A stretch of 64,000 nt of DNA from Amphiscolops sp. MND2022 (lineage: Eukaryota): the NCBI GenBank assembly GCA_964187785.1, contig OZ076409.1:61196001-61260000 (forward strand). Direction: 5' to 3'. Both the position numbers and the translations under genes were made by a program. Positions 22,601-35,975 of the stretch are shown here, piece after piece. The notes below the pieces were generated by a model. That model had not been told where the DNA came from, made no database searches, and saw nothing but the letters and a program-made list of their open reading frames with translations. Within the stretch, counting starts at the first letter, position 1; every line of letters starts with the position of its first letter.

Positions 22601-25600
22601 CAGACTCGTCGACTACTTGAACGATGTATCCCTTTTCGAAGTCGTCCTTAATGGTCTGAGCATAGCTCACGTTCAGGTCAGGAGATATGTCGAATCGGCG
22701 TTCAAGGAATTTCAACTGCACTAAGGCTGAAAAGTAGCTGTTTGGGAGACCACCCTCGTCATCAGCCCACAACATGCCGACCTGATATCGGCATCCGCCA
22801 TGATTTGTTGTTTCTTGCTAAAGTTACGAAGCTCTAGCGTCGGCAGCAGAACGCGGGTCTACTTGTTTCACTGCAGCAAAAGACTCCATCGTAGACCAAT
22901 TTCGAAGTTGATCGGCCAATTTGGAGTCACTTTGCGTGACTGTTTTGAAGAAAGTCGAGACGAGTCATTAAGTCGAAGGCAATGGTCCACTCAATATTTA
23001 ACCCAGCGGTATTCGGACGGCAATTAGAGATATTTTTTGGGTCGGATTCAAAAAACTCCAACGGGCGAATTGAGTGAAACACGTCTTGACCTAGTATCGT
23101 TTCGACATCTCCATAACTGTGATTGCTCAGAGCAACGAGCTCCAAGTGAGAGTACCGTTGTTTCGATCTGTCAACATCAATTACATCTTTTCCAACATGC
23201 AAGGTTTTTTCTGACGTAAGGGTTGACATTAAAAGTAGAACAGGAGCCACCCGAAAGAACAAGTGCCAACTTAAGCTCAACTATTTGAGAGTCAACAACA
23301 ATTAATGCCATTAATGCTAGTTTGGAGATCCAAGAATGACTCCAGGCAGAGTCGCACAAAATCAATACTTTGATACAAGTAGTAGAAGTATGAACTTCAA
23401 CTTCAGTTATTTGGGTTTTCTCTTACTTCATTCACAGTTGTTTTAGGACTACGAGATCCAGTTGCTTTATTAGGGGACGGTTTCGGTGTTCTTTTTGGTT
23501 GAAAAACTCTCTCTGCGCCATGTATCAGAGGGTTGTGAGAGCTGTTAGATCCATCTTTGTTGCATTTGCCTAGTTGCGGACATGGTCCGAAAGAGTGGTT
23601 TCCTTTCAGACAAGAGAAACAAAGTTTGTCTTCGGCAACAATCTTCGCTTGTCTGTAGGCGCTTTAACAAGAAACACGCAATAGTGCCACAGCGGATGGT
23701 GGTCTTTGTCACGATACAATTTAGTTTCATTCAGTTAGACTTGGTTCCGGTTCCATTCGAAGATGCGCTGGAACTAGCAGCAAAAACTTTCGCACCAGTT
23801 TGTTTTCGAGCTACGGATTGCGCACTTTCATCGTTCTTGGGTTCTATGGTCGCAACTTTCATCCTCTCGTGTGCTTCAGCTTTCTCTTCCAACCATTCGT
23901 TGAAATTAAAGAAGGTTGGTCAGCTCCAATCTTCTTCGACAGTGTGCATAGACCAAGCTTTCTTCATGTTCGTGGGAAGTTTCTGTACTGCTTCTCCCAA
24001 AAATACCGCACTCTACAAATCGTTTTCGTATTTCAAGGAGCGAAAACTCCTACTAACGCGGAATTTATTGCACTGAAAGCAATAACGTTCCCACCGTTGT
24101 GCATGTTCGACTGTGGGAAGCCACTCAGTTTGTCCAAGGGAGCGCTCACAACAGCGTGTGGCTGGCAGTTTTTACGCTCGAGATTTTTAAGCGCTTCTTG
24201 ATACATTTTGCCACAAAAAGCAAACTCGGCAATCGCTGTCTTGGCATTGCCTCTTACAAGCATTTTCAAGTACGTTCGTTTTGCGTCATTCTAGAGTGGT
24301 GCTGAGTTGATAGCACTTCTAAATTGATAGCACTCGTGTCACTGGACTGGGTCTCTGTTATATTGCTCTAGTTTCCACTCAGGAAGACTTTTTGGCTGCA
24401 GTCAGTAGTTGCGCAAGATCTTGGACAGAAACTGCAGTTGGCATTGAAAGGGGAAGTTCGACTGAACTGTAGCTGAGAACGTCGGAAAAGGAAAGGTCAC
24501 CGGGGCTGCTGTAGACTGTGGAATCGGCAAAGTTGTTGTTGGAAGTGTTGTCGCAAGAGGATTACAGTAGAGAATTGTTCGTCTACATTGAATTGGTACC
24601 ACTGCTGTCAAAATTTCGGTTGTGGTCACTATCGATGCCGCAGTTTTGCTTGCTAATGTGACCCGTCCACTCACTTACAGGCTGCGGAACTACTGCATGT
24701 ACTGTTGGGAAGCTACTCGGAGCCGAAAATGTTCAGGCAGACAAGTTCGGCATTACATGACTTGTCGGAATGTTGACTTGGGTTCTCGTCTTAGCAGGAG
24801 TGACAGACGGCTGTAGTTGCGGCTACATAGTCAGATTTTGCGGATATACAACCGGTACTGTCATGGAAGAAACTGCATTTGATGTAGTTTTGACACGTGG
24901 TGGTTGATAAATGGTAGTGGGTTAAATGCAGAATGAGAAAGTGAAGATGGAGTACTGTTTACCTTGAGAATTGTTGGAACAGACGAAATTCGGATGGGGG
25001 AAATGGCTTTGTCCTGCCCAACAATGACATCAGTTGATGATCTCACCGGTAGCGTTGCTTGTCTCATTTGAATCACATCGGATAAATAAGGAAAGCTTGC
25101 GGGGTTGAACGATCCAGCTACATTGTTTAAGACAACTGTACTGGTCTGTGATTGATTTGAAACACTCTCGGGTTCATTAACTTCATTAACCCAGTCAGAT
25201 ACTCCCTGCGACGTGATTTGTTTCGTGTTTTTAGTAATGTGAGACAATGTTTCACGAAGTTTGTCGGTTGCTTGATACATGTCGTCAGTCAACTTCAACT
25301 CAGTGAGCTTGGTTTTGGCATGTTTTCGTCTGTTTTCTTTTTCCACTTCTTGTAATTGGAGAGCCTGTTTTTCTTCCAACAGCTTTTTTTGCGTTCCAAT
25401 CGTTTTCGAGCGATCTGTTGCTTTTGTTTAGCCAAACAGATGGCGTTAGCATTTTGTCGTTTCAGTTCATCTCGACGGCGGGTTGCTAGAAGAAGATCCT
25501 TTTTTCTTTGACTCGACTTTTTTTGTTTGAGGGAAGTTGATGGTCTTTTGGGCGCGCTTTGTTGACTGTACCGGTTGATGAGTGGGAATTTTCATCGGAT

Positions 25601-25930
25601 CCGGTGCAACTGTCGATGTATTAACGTATCGATGTATCAGTGACTTCACTCAACCACTTTTCTAAGTCGGCTTGAATTGTTTCCGAATCAAATGTTTTCG
25701 ATGCAAGTGTAATCAACTGTTCGTTTCTGTTGAAAGCTTTCGTCATTGCATCTTCTATTCTTTTACAAGACGTTCGACTCGAAGAACCCCTCCATTTATA
25801 TTGGAGTCAGGTATCTTCTGTTGTAGAGTATCCAATTCAGTCTGCGCCTTCAAACGATTTTCATGGAGTTTCTGAATTGTTTCTTGCTGCGAATCGGTCA
25901 TCTTACTGTTTTTTTTGTTTAGGTTAAAAG
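19640..25930 (-). mobile_element. Decayed BEL/Pao LTR retrotransposon internal region; LTRs not identified
   Basis: Fragments with WYLPH, KPGKVRRV, SADI, YMDDYL, LHVFGDSS, KLELQA, MADLPKERL, TGLDY, SDNGTN, APHHGGEWERLV motifs; many frameshifts and stops. Confidence 0.9.
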
Positions 25931-27504
25931 AAGACAGTCACGGTGTATCGCATGGTGTACGGTAAAAACAAAAAAACATTGATATTTCGAAGGGAGTTCC
26001 TTCTGAACATCAACCGAGCAGTGAAGTTCGGACAAGGCACAGAAAAGAAAAGAGGAAGTGGGTTGTAGCGTCAATTGGTCAACAATGTCTGGACACGGCT
26101 TCAGCTGAAGACACAACGTGTTTTTAGCGCATTGCGAGCGCGTTAGGAGGGGCGTTTGGGCAAATACGGGCTGTAATTTGTGATAAATCATTTTCATAAT
26201 TCAAAACACGATTCAGATGTTTCAATTGTAAATCAGTAACGCCTTCAATTTCGGTAAATATTCCAACACTTCTTGTTTTCGCAAAGCAATGAAATGCTTT
26301 TCAACATTAAAAACAAGGATGTTCGTTTCTTTCAATTGCGAGAAAAGGTCAGGCGTTCGGTTTCTCTTGCAATACACAAGAGCCCTCATACGGTTTTGAT
26401 AAGATTTCAACACTTCTACTAAATAAGACACTGAAAGAGCATGGTAGAAATTGTTTTTCTGTGTATTTGCAAATTCTGTTGTTAATAACGTCGTGCCAAT
26501 TTATTAATTCGTTTTCGTTTTTGAAGTCTTTTTCAACCATGTTTTGCTCTATTTGTTGAGGATTATTTGCGTTATTGTCCAAACTCAGGCCCGGTTGAGA
26601 AAATACTTTTTCTTTAAAAGCTTTTCTGATCTTCGAGCTTTATAGTTTCAATTGTGTGGTGCAAAGAATTAGCAGCTAATATTTAAAAAAAATTCAGGTT
26701 TTTTTGCTGTTTCTTTTGCAAAGTTCTCGTTTTTTCCCGGTAGTTTACAGAACGAACGTCACGCTATTCCAACTCAACTTTCAATTTCTTCTACAAGATA
26801 TTCACGTTACTTTATAATAAATCACTTTTTTCATGATTAATCACGCTAATTTCCAAACAAATCGTTTGTTTTTTACGGTCTTGCTAACTACTAAATCTAG
26901 CACACAGGGTTTTGTCTTCGGGGATTCGGGGAGGCACCTTCGGGGATTCCAGGGGCACCTTCGGGGTTTAGGAATTGCCTCTTGTGCGTAACGGTTGCCC
27001 TCCGATGCTTGCCTCGGTTGCCGGTGCAGTTGCAGAATTAGTCTTGAGATGAAGCATGACGTTATCGTCGCCCGGTTCCAAATAAAGCCCAATGACAAAT
27101 GAAATGAAGTGTTGGACTCAATAGGGTGGCAGACAATATTAATTATCAATGAACACATCAGTTTCCGAAAGTTGTGTCTGACATTCGAAGTCTGACATTT
27201 GAAACAATTAGTTTGATATGTGTGCCGGACGTACCAAAGATAATGGCAAGCTGCATCTAAATCTTCTGTCGAACATCTGACGTGAGAGATAACTCGTGTA
27301 TCATTTGACACAACGACAATAATTAACGGCTGAAGCGACACAATCAAGAGCGAAGAGGGATAAGTCAGAATGGCGGAGCGTTACGTCACAGAAATATAAC
27401 CGGAGTAGCAAAGTTAGAAGGTTTAGGAGGGCGAATCAAAGAAAACCAGTTTGACAGGTCAAGACAGCTGCAGCATAGGGCAAAACTAGGAACTTGAATT
27501 GAAG

Positions 27505-28040
27505 AAGAACCGGGGAACGGCCCAAGTCGGCGCCATATCTAAGGCTCAAAAAGACTCGAAAACGAAAACGAAAACCACTTTTTCTACAACTGGAGACAAC
27601 AAAAGCTCTCAAAAAACTGAAAAATGAGAAAAAAAAGTTCCGAATTTTTTTTCGAAATTTTTTTAAAGTTTCCGGTAAGTCGCATAGTGCCGAAAAATGT
27701 AAAAGGGGGGACCCTTTGGGATTTTTTGAACATCCATTCTGTTGCAAAATATCAAAAATTGATGGGAGAAACAAAAAAAATTTCGGAAAAAAATCAGTCT
27801 CACAGTGCCGAAAAAAGGAGGAATGTCTCATAGTGTCAAAAAAAGTTGACCCTTCTGCTTCGAGATGGCTTTTTATCTCATGTCAGAGGCTTTGGATGCG
27901 TTGAAAATGAAGTACTAAGTACATATTGTAAACGTTGGTAAATGTGCATTAATGCACAAAAACTGGACGTTTCGCGTTGAACTGAAGAAAAAAACTAGCT
28001 ACTGTAAGAATTGGGATTTTCTTCGAAAGCCGACTGAAAA
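27505..28040. repeat. Interspersed AT-rich repeat, probably a non-autonomous element; related reverse-oriented sequence ends near 30590
   Basis: GAACGGCCCAAGTCGGCGCC at ~27516 resembles the reverse complement of 30567-30590; internal repeats of CATAGTGCCGAAAAA. Confidence 0.4.
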
Positions 28041-28302
28041 TTCAATGGTTCAGAGGAAAAACGTCGTGCCTCTCTATTGCCACCATGTAAGATTCTAGCT
28101 TATTCTAGAAGACGTTTGGAAAAAGAGGAAAGAGTTGAATAATATTTCACGGCCAAAAACGGTGACAAATAGAGGCAAAACTGAATTTGAAAAACGTTTA
28201 GATTAATGCGTTTGGCAGATAAATGAACTATCATGTATACAAACGATAACAAACAATAGCTAGCAAGACCTTTCATGCAATATTTTAAGGTTATTTGAAA
28301 TA

Positions 28303-29422
28303 CAGTGAATGAACAATAATTTACGGTATGTAAGTTAAATGTACAAAATTTCTAGGAAGCGTGCAAAAGACTTACTTCCGTTCACTGTTGAAACCTTATA
28401 ACGTTCAAGATGGGTAAAAGAACGTCTCAAGAAAGCCTTAAGGTCGTTATCCTTCGAGATTTGAGCCCTTCGTGGGAGAAAATTTGAGAGAAGATGCGTT
28501 TTTCAAGCAAATCAACGGCTCAAACAATCTATAAACTCTACCTGAAAAACGGCAGTGTAGACGACGCAAAAAGGAGTGGTAGACCTCTAGATTTCCGAAA
28601 TTGACACAAAAAGATCAAAATTGGCTGCGAAGAATTGGTAAAAAGAACAACAAGGCATCGGCAGAAAAACTTCGTGTTCTGTTCAACAGTTTCAGAATGA
28701 AAACTGTATCTACAAAGACAATTCGACAAAATATGCACAAAATGGACCTTGTAGGCCGTGCCGCTGCGAAGAGGCTTCGAATGAGCGCAGAACCCCGTGT
28801 TAATCGACTGCTCTGGGCAAAGCAGAGACGTAATAGGACAGTGGAGGAGTGGAAACGCGTTGTTTTTAGCGACGAATGCAAGTTTTCATTGAGGAGTGAT
28901 TGACGAGTCTATGTCTGGAGGACCACTGGTACTCGGTACAAGCCAGAGAACACAATCGAGAAGACAACGGCACATTTTTCAATGATGTTTTGGGGCTGCA
29001 TAAGTGGCAATGGGTCTCGAGTAGTGTTGAAGACCCCAAAAAGATGCAAGTTTGCAGACTATATTGATCTGCTGAAGACGGCCGGAATCAACACGTTGGG
29101 CGAGGACCATTTTTTTATGGATGACAACTGTCCCATCCATCGATCGAGGGACGTTAAGCAGTGGCTTCATGACAATGGTATTGCGAAAGAGTTCTGGCAC
29201 CCATACAGCCGAGATCTCAACCCCATAGAAAATGTTTGAGCCCAAAAGAAGCAGTTTATTCTGTTTGGAATCATGTTAAGGACTCTTTCATCGTGAAACT
29301 TTATTCTTCTATGCCCAATTGTATTTTACAATGTATTAGAAACTCTGGTTTTTCAATAAAATACTAGATATGGGTCTTTTCAAAAATTCAACAGGGGGCC
29401 GTGAACTTTTGTCCATGCACTG
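28303..29422 (+). mobile_element. Tc1-family DNA transposon (DD34E), defective
   Basis: TA|CAGTGAATGAACAATAATTTACGG ... CCGTGAACTTTTGTCCATGCACTG|TA imperfect TIRs and TA TSD; VVFSDECKF, MFWGCI, MDDNCPIH-(34)-DLNPIENV; stops and frameshifts. Confidence 0.92.
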
Positions 29423-29481
29423 TATATATTTGCAAAACTAAAAAATATTTTCAAGACTTCGAATATTTTTCCGAAGTTTTT

Positions 29482-29545
29482 GCCGTCTGGGGAATCGAAC
29501 TTGCGATCTTATGGTTGGAAAGCTAAAATGCTACCACTACACTAA
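29482..29545 (-). repeat. tRNA-derived head (Gly-TCC-like) of SINE-like repeat, copy 2
   Basis: Minus strand TAGTGTAGTGGTAGC...CTTTCCAA...GTTCGATTC gives A box, TCC loop and B box; stems are poorly paired, so not a functional tRNA. Confidence 0.6.
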
Positions 29546-29790
29546 ATCGTCCTATTATCTGTTTGTTTTAGTTCCGGTTTATTTTGTATTGCGCCGCAAC
29601 AGTCGAGCTGACAGATTTATTATGCTTTATATAAGTTTCTATATTCTCCTATATCCTTTTTCTATACTCGCTACATCCTTTTGATTTTTTAAAAAGTTTT
29701 TGATGTTATCCGAACTTTTGATGTTAATCCGAAGTAAATTTCGTTTTTCTAACGAGGAAGTGTAGGTTTGAGAACATTGAGCTATATTTG

Positions 29791-29860
29791 AATTTTGACG
29801 CTATAACGGAAGTACATTGTGTTTTAAAACACAATTTGCTTCCGTTATAGCGTCAAAATT
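29791..29860. repeat. 70-bp near-perfect palindrome
   Basis: AATTTTGACGCTATAACGGAAG...GTTTT|AAAAC...CTTCCGTTATAGCGTCAAAATT, two mismatched pairs. Confidence 0.9.
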
Positions 29861-31459
29861 TGAAAGTACCATGGAGGAGGAAGGGTTCGATCTTTAAGTT
29901 TCAATGTTTCGTTTCCTACCAAAGTCAAAAACGCACGCTATATCCTCCCTCAATGTTCACTAGAAACGAAACGTTTCGCGAGCGGAGAGGACTCCTTAGC
30001 GTTTCTCGGCGCTATTCGAATTATAAAAACAATATTTATTGAACTTAAACCAAAAAATTCTAAATTTTTTCTACAACTTCTGTTTTTTTTTAATGTTCTT
30101 GATTGAGCAAAGAAAGCCGTTTTCCCAGTTTTAAGGCTAACTTCTGACAATTTTTAGTCCTGTAGGACTAATGAAATTTTCCAAATAAATGTGAAAAAGA
30201 AATGCGGCTTTTTTTGCACTGCGCGCTTTTTTCCAAAACCGGTCTTTTAAAAGGTTTTTCCTTGTAAAAGCGTTTTGCAAAATAAATGGGTCTTCTTTTG
30301 GATTTTTTGACATTACGAATTTTTCCAAATTAAAAAAGTCAATTTTTTTTCCAAAAAATGTCCTTTTTTCCTTTTGGCAAACAAGTGGTTTTCGAGTTTT
30401 ATGCGTATCTCTTTGGGTATTTTTCTGCACTGTGAAACTCATAGAATTTTAATAATAGTTTCCTTTTGCATAGTTAGATTTCTCCTTTTAGGTTTTTTGG
30501 AACTATGAGACCTTTCCGAAAATTTTTCAAGATTTGTGTTTTTTGATGTTTCGAGTGAACTTTGAGCGGGGCGCCTGATTTGGGCTTGTTCTTTAATGAA
30601 ATTCATTTGACGTTGGTGTGGAATTTCTCGTCAAACAGACTTGTTTCTCAGCGATTTGAAATTGAGCTGGAAACCTTACTTTTTAATTTCTAATTAAAGC
30701 AAAAGAGTCAAGACTGGCGTTTTTAAAATCAAAGTGCTTGTATTTGGAGCAGAAAGTTTGGAAACCCTTAATGAAGCAAAAAGTATTTTTGCAAGTGTCT
30801 TTTGACATAATACAAAACTTTTTCAATGAGTCAATGTTCGGAAATTTGAATTACTTTGGTTTGGAAATTTGGAAATTTGAATATTACTTTAATTTGAACT
30901 CGAAATCTAAATAACACTCATCACTAATCTAACGAGAACTAACTTAATACAACAGTCAGAAACAACTTTAACGCTTGCTAAAGACAATTCTGACTTTCTT
31001 TATCTTAAAATCGTAGTTTAAACTAGAAAAAATTCCATTTTAAATTATGTTTCTCTCGTAGCTTGACACTTTATGATGAAAAACCATCCATATTCCATAC
31101 TTGACCAGGGTACGTGTCACATTATTGTCATTTCATAAGTCTTATTGAACAACATTACGAAGAAATCAGAAGATACTGGTTCAAGGAACCCGGTGCAATG
31201 AAGCGCCACTTCAGCCTCGCCGAGAGAAATGAGGGCGAACATCTTTCAATATTCAAGTGCCGAGTCTAGCTCGGTAACTGTTAGAAGACCACATGAGTTT
31301 CAACGTTTTTTGTTCCATTTTTAATTTCGAAACTTTCGAATTCAGAAAACATACATCACTGGATAGCAACAATAAAATCCGGCAAACAAATTTGTAATCA
31401 AATTCACGAAAAAAACGACCAAGTTACGTGATTGGAAAATCTTTAAAATAAAACCTCAC

Positions 31460-31646
31460 CTATGCCCGGTAGAAAACAATTGGTGATGCAAAGGACTACG
31501 GCTAGGGGGACGGGTAGAATGGGGACTTTGTTCAGGTAGAAGGACTTTATTCTGGAGTCTGTTTCTTTCACTGTTTCCGGCATCACGAAAGTCTCGCTTC
31601 TGCTGAAAGTCTCTGCAGCCACTGTCGCATTCGTCGACCAAAGACC
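31460..31646 (-). CDS. Probable host exon, stum/SPEC3-family membrane protein
   Basis: TTGCAG| acceptor and G|GTGAGG donor; encodes ...VPILPVPLAVVLCITNCFLPGIG, matching the stum/SPEC3 'P.LP..LA..C...N...PG.G' motif. Confidence 0.65.
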
Positions 31647-34600
31647 CTGCAATCAAATCCAACGTGAACTACCTGCGGCCAGTCAAGTGTTGGGAAGACC
31701 AAGACTAATTATTGCAACTTGAGCCCTTAAATATGAAAAAAATAATAATTTACCAAGCATCACCGATGAGTATCAAACCCAGAGGTAACCGATTTTGTAG
31801 TCTGTGCACGGAAATAGTACCAGCCTGGAAACTCGAGACTATTATGGTTGTTGTGTTAATTTCTCAATTCCAACGTTTATGGGAGATTTGAAACTGACTC
31901 GATAAAATTTCTGATACGATTTTCGTTTTTCAAAATAAAAACAAATTCATCGATATCGCGAAGAAGCTAGAAATTTACGATATCTTCAAGAAACAAATTA
32001 TGGCCGCAACAGTTATCTTGGCACAGATTATAAAATTAAGATTAGATTATAGGATTATAAAATAAGATTATAAAATAAATTTCAGAGATAAAACCATCCG
32101 AACACCTAGTGGCCGCGAAAAATGCATTTCTATGACAGAAATCATCCAAAAATACCAATTTCGTGAAAATGTTTTCTTTTTGAGAAAAATTCAATTTAAT
32201 CTTACAATTTCATCATGTTGTTTGTCAGTGGTATTCCGTGTGATATTTGCTTTCTATCGTAATTTGTCCTCAGGCATTTCGTCCTCTGGTATTTTGTCAT
32301 ATAACAAAAAATTTAAAGGTAACTAACTTTAGTAACTAACTTTAGCCTCGCATCATTGCTTGTAAGGTAATAAATTCTTGGAATAATGAAATTCATCGCA
32401 TAATGAAAAAGTCAATTCTTTTGTTAAGCCATTTCAAATGAAACGCAAGATAGGAATTTCTATGTGCGTGAAATCGGATAAGGAATTTAAATGACTAAAC
32501 GGAAGAAAGATTAGATTAAAATTCGCAACGTTATGGAGAGATTTCGAAATGCATCAAATTGGCGTTTGGCGCGGAAGTCGCGAAAGTGCCTATCATAAAT
32601 GGGTGGATAACCCAATTTTTTTATACAGACTGTAAGACTCCTCCAAAAAAATCGAGGAAAAAATTTTTGAAGTATGTGTTTATACAAATGTGAGTGGGTG
32701 TTCAACATTAGTTAAAATATTAGTTTTTGGAAAGATTATGCTTGGAAAGTACAAAAAACGAATACAATTTACAGAGTTCTGGCAGGAGGACAAGAGTTTA
32801 TTTTGTATAAAAGAATAATTCTCTCAGAAAATAATACTCTCAAGTAATGCTCAAATGATTTCAAAAACGGATTTGGATAATTTTTTGGACAAAAGCGTTG
32901 CGTTGACAAAATTGTCGAACTCTAAATAAGTTGGTGTGAATGTTGACGTATAACTCAATAGTAAGAATCGAAAAGGCTACGGATTAATACTGTCTTGATA
33001 CTGAGTTGAATGTTGTTTTAGGATTGTTCTGACTGTCGGCAATCCAGCAAAGCAAGTGATTTGAGTTGAATGTTTCATTCTAAACATCTAACTTGGTATT
33101 TATATTCACATATCTGCAAACATATCTGTCACAAATAAATAAAAAATATAAATCACAATATAGAAAACGTAAATTTTTCTCACTGAAGTCTCATTACAAA
33201 TTGGGTTCGTTGATAGAAAATTTTGTCAAAAATCAGTTTAGAACTTTGACGCAAAGCAGATTGATCTCTAACAAATGTCTTTTCGTGCTCCTGGTCCTAT
33301 ATCCAATCAGGGTCTTTTTCAGAACTGATCAGATTGGATAGTCTATGGGCGCTAAACTTGGGAAAAACTTACTCAATTGATAGACTTCATCTAAAAATGA
33401 GCACAATTGTTTCAAATCGGTCGCCTATTCCCTGGTCGCTTATTCCCTTATTTCCTTATTTCACAGGAGTGTATAGCTTTTTCCCTAGGCTTTCGCATTA
33501 TCCGGGAATATGACAGTTCGCGATAATTTGTGTCCCAACCATTCTATGTACTCTTGAGCAATATCGCATTTCCCCGCATTTGATTGCAAAATGGCCCCAT
33601 CGAGTGTTTTTTCACGATGTCACTCACTTTCCTCAGATATTCTAGCGTAGTTCTCTGGTTTACCAAAAAAACGTTCATCAATATACTCAATAACACTGTT
33701 TATTTTCGCTAATGTAAAGTTCATCAAGTTTGAAATTCCGTAGGCATTACTGTAAGGCCTTATTATCAAGTTGCCAAGCCATAAGTAACTGTATAATTTC
33801 TGCAAACAATTTGGAAAATGCAATGTTTTTTGGTAAATTCATGTAATGGGATTAGTCACGGTACGCACCAGTCATATCTACTACGAATATCAAACGTCTC
33901 CCTTTCTTTCATCTAGTTTTTCAGCAATCATTCCAAATAAGGTGTACACATTGGGCATTTGGTGTTTGTCTTTAGCTATAGACTCATGTAGTGCAGGTGC
34001 ATCAAACGCTAGTTTCACGAACTTACTTTTTTGGCAGTTATCACTGTACAGCCGAAAATATAGTTCAACTTGAATTTTGTGTAAACTTGTAATGTGACTT
34101 TTCTAATAGTTTCTCAATTTAATTATCTATTTGATTAGGTAGTTGATTTGGTATTTTGCGGATTTTTAGCTGTGTGGTTTTTGCATTGCAATTTTAATTG
34201 TGTGAAAATTCACTCGGCCAAAGAGTTGCTGAACTCCTGGACCTAGCTTTACTTCAAGACTAACTTCATATAGAATTCGTCGCTTTTCTTCCAAATTGAT
34301 TGTTTGCTTCGCACACACCGCATTCTATTGGCTGATTAATTCTGAAGAGAGCAAAAAACTAATCACGGTCCACTATCGACCCTCCGGTGTCGGACAAAAT
34401 TAGGGCTCCTGTCTTTGATACTGCCAACTCTGCTACATCTATTTGCACAAATAGGTACCCCAGCAACTCCAACGGTCTTTTTTTTTATAATCCACTCTAC
34501 ATTCGTAATCGATCATGTCTCTGGTCATAACCTTTCTTTCACCAACATACGTTTGTAGTTCGTTCGTGCTATCGAAAACTGAATGCTATGTCTACCGTGT

Positions 34601-35975
34601 TGATAAATGCCTTGAAATATTTTCAGCACATCATTCTTTCCATGACGAAGGCTTTGCTCCCCTTCCCATCTTTTCGCAGATTAAAATTCTTCGTCTTCTT
34701 CTGACTTCTTTGATCATTGTTTCTATCTTTATCTCTTGTTTATGCCTCTGTGCGAATCTCGTTGCAGCACTTCCATATAAATCCTAAGGGTTGCAACGTA
34801 TACAACGTTAGTTTCTGGCCTGGCAGTTCTTTACGTTTTGAAAAGTTGAACCTCCCGCATCTTTACCACTCCTGGCGGTTAGTTGTTTCTTCCGCATACA
34901 CCATCTCACTTATCAAGTACATATCAAGTACTAGCGTTTTGGTATTTTTGCCAAAATCATAAAGTGCAGCTAGTCCATTTAATGAGTGTCAGAATCGATA
35001 CAGAAAATCACCAGGTGTTTGATGTCTAGAAAACAAATTGGGGGCTGTCGAATGTTTAGTTTTCCCCTTTCTGGAAGCCTTCATTGCTCACTTTTTTAAA
35101 CTTTTCCATTTTTAACTCTGAAAATGTAACGTGTGTGCTTGTCCTCGTTGCTTTCCCCAGAGAAAAATGCATTACGCTCACTATTTTCTCGTTTGCAGCG
35201 TCTTTTATCCAGATCCCCTAATCGAGTGAGCACCCTGGGATTCTGCTGAGTAACTTCACGTGTTAGCTCCGAAATGGGGATCGAAGATTCGGTCACCATC
35301 ACTACTGGGAAGAGGTCAGGCCTTTAGTCTCAATCTATTGTGGGATTAGCATTTGCATCGTGCAAAAACACCGGCAAACCCATAAGGTAGTTGACTGCAA
35401 AACGCACTAGAAAGACTTCAAAAGACTGTGAGTACTTTCATTGTTTTGATATAGAAATTATTATCGATTTTGAACGTTTTCACTGTGGACCATCCAGCAA
35501 GCGACTTCAGGTGAATGTTTCATTTTAGTTTACTAACCGATATTTCAATTCATTTCGTTACAAACATATCTCTCACAGTGAGGGTACAATGTTTGGCAAC
35601 ATAGACATATAATATCACCCATGATAATGTGATTTTGTTAAAAATGATGAAACTTAATCAGTTCAAAGTTCAAACCCGCAAAATTAGGCCTTATTGAAAA
35701 TTGAAACGAAAGTGAAATGTTTACCTCTCAAGTGGAATAAAATTCAGTTTGAATATAGTCCGTTGGATGCTATTCATTGAATCGAAATGAAAAAAAAAGT
35801 ATTCAGAGCGTCGAAATTATAGTTAGCTCTTCATCGCGTCGAAAAACTCCATATCAGCGATTATTTTCAGGTTATTTGAAGAGGTTAGCATGTTTGTTTT
35901 ATGGCTCGGTCGCTTCGCTCCCTTCGCCAAGTAGCAACATTGAGGCATTGTCATATGGCACGCCGCTCCGCTTCT

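Noticed and set aside
26222..27347. ORFs of 69-168 aa as host genes
   Set aside because: No recognisable domain; part derives from a short GGCACCTTCGGGG tandem repeat (~26915-26970).
29482..29545. Functional tRNA-Gly gene (also 19304-19366 and 39885-39970)
   Set aside because: Stems do not pair properly and the sequences sit in interspersed repeats; treated as SINE-like heads.
33100..35350. Possible very old retroelement relic on the minus strand
   Set aside because: Composition is suggestive, but I could not recover any diagnostic motif.
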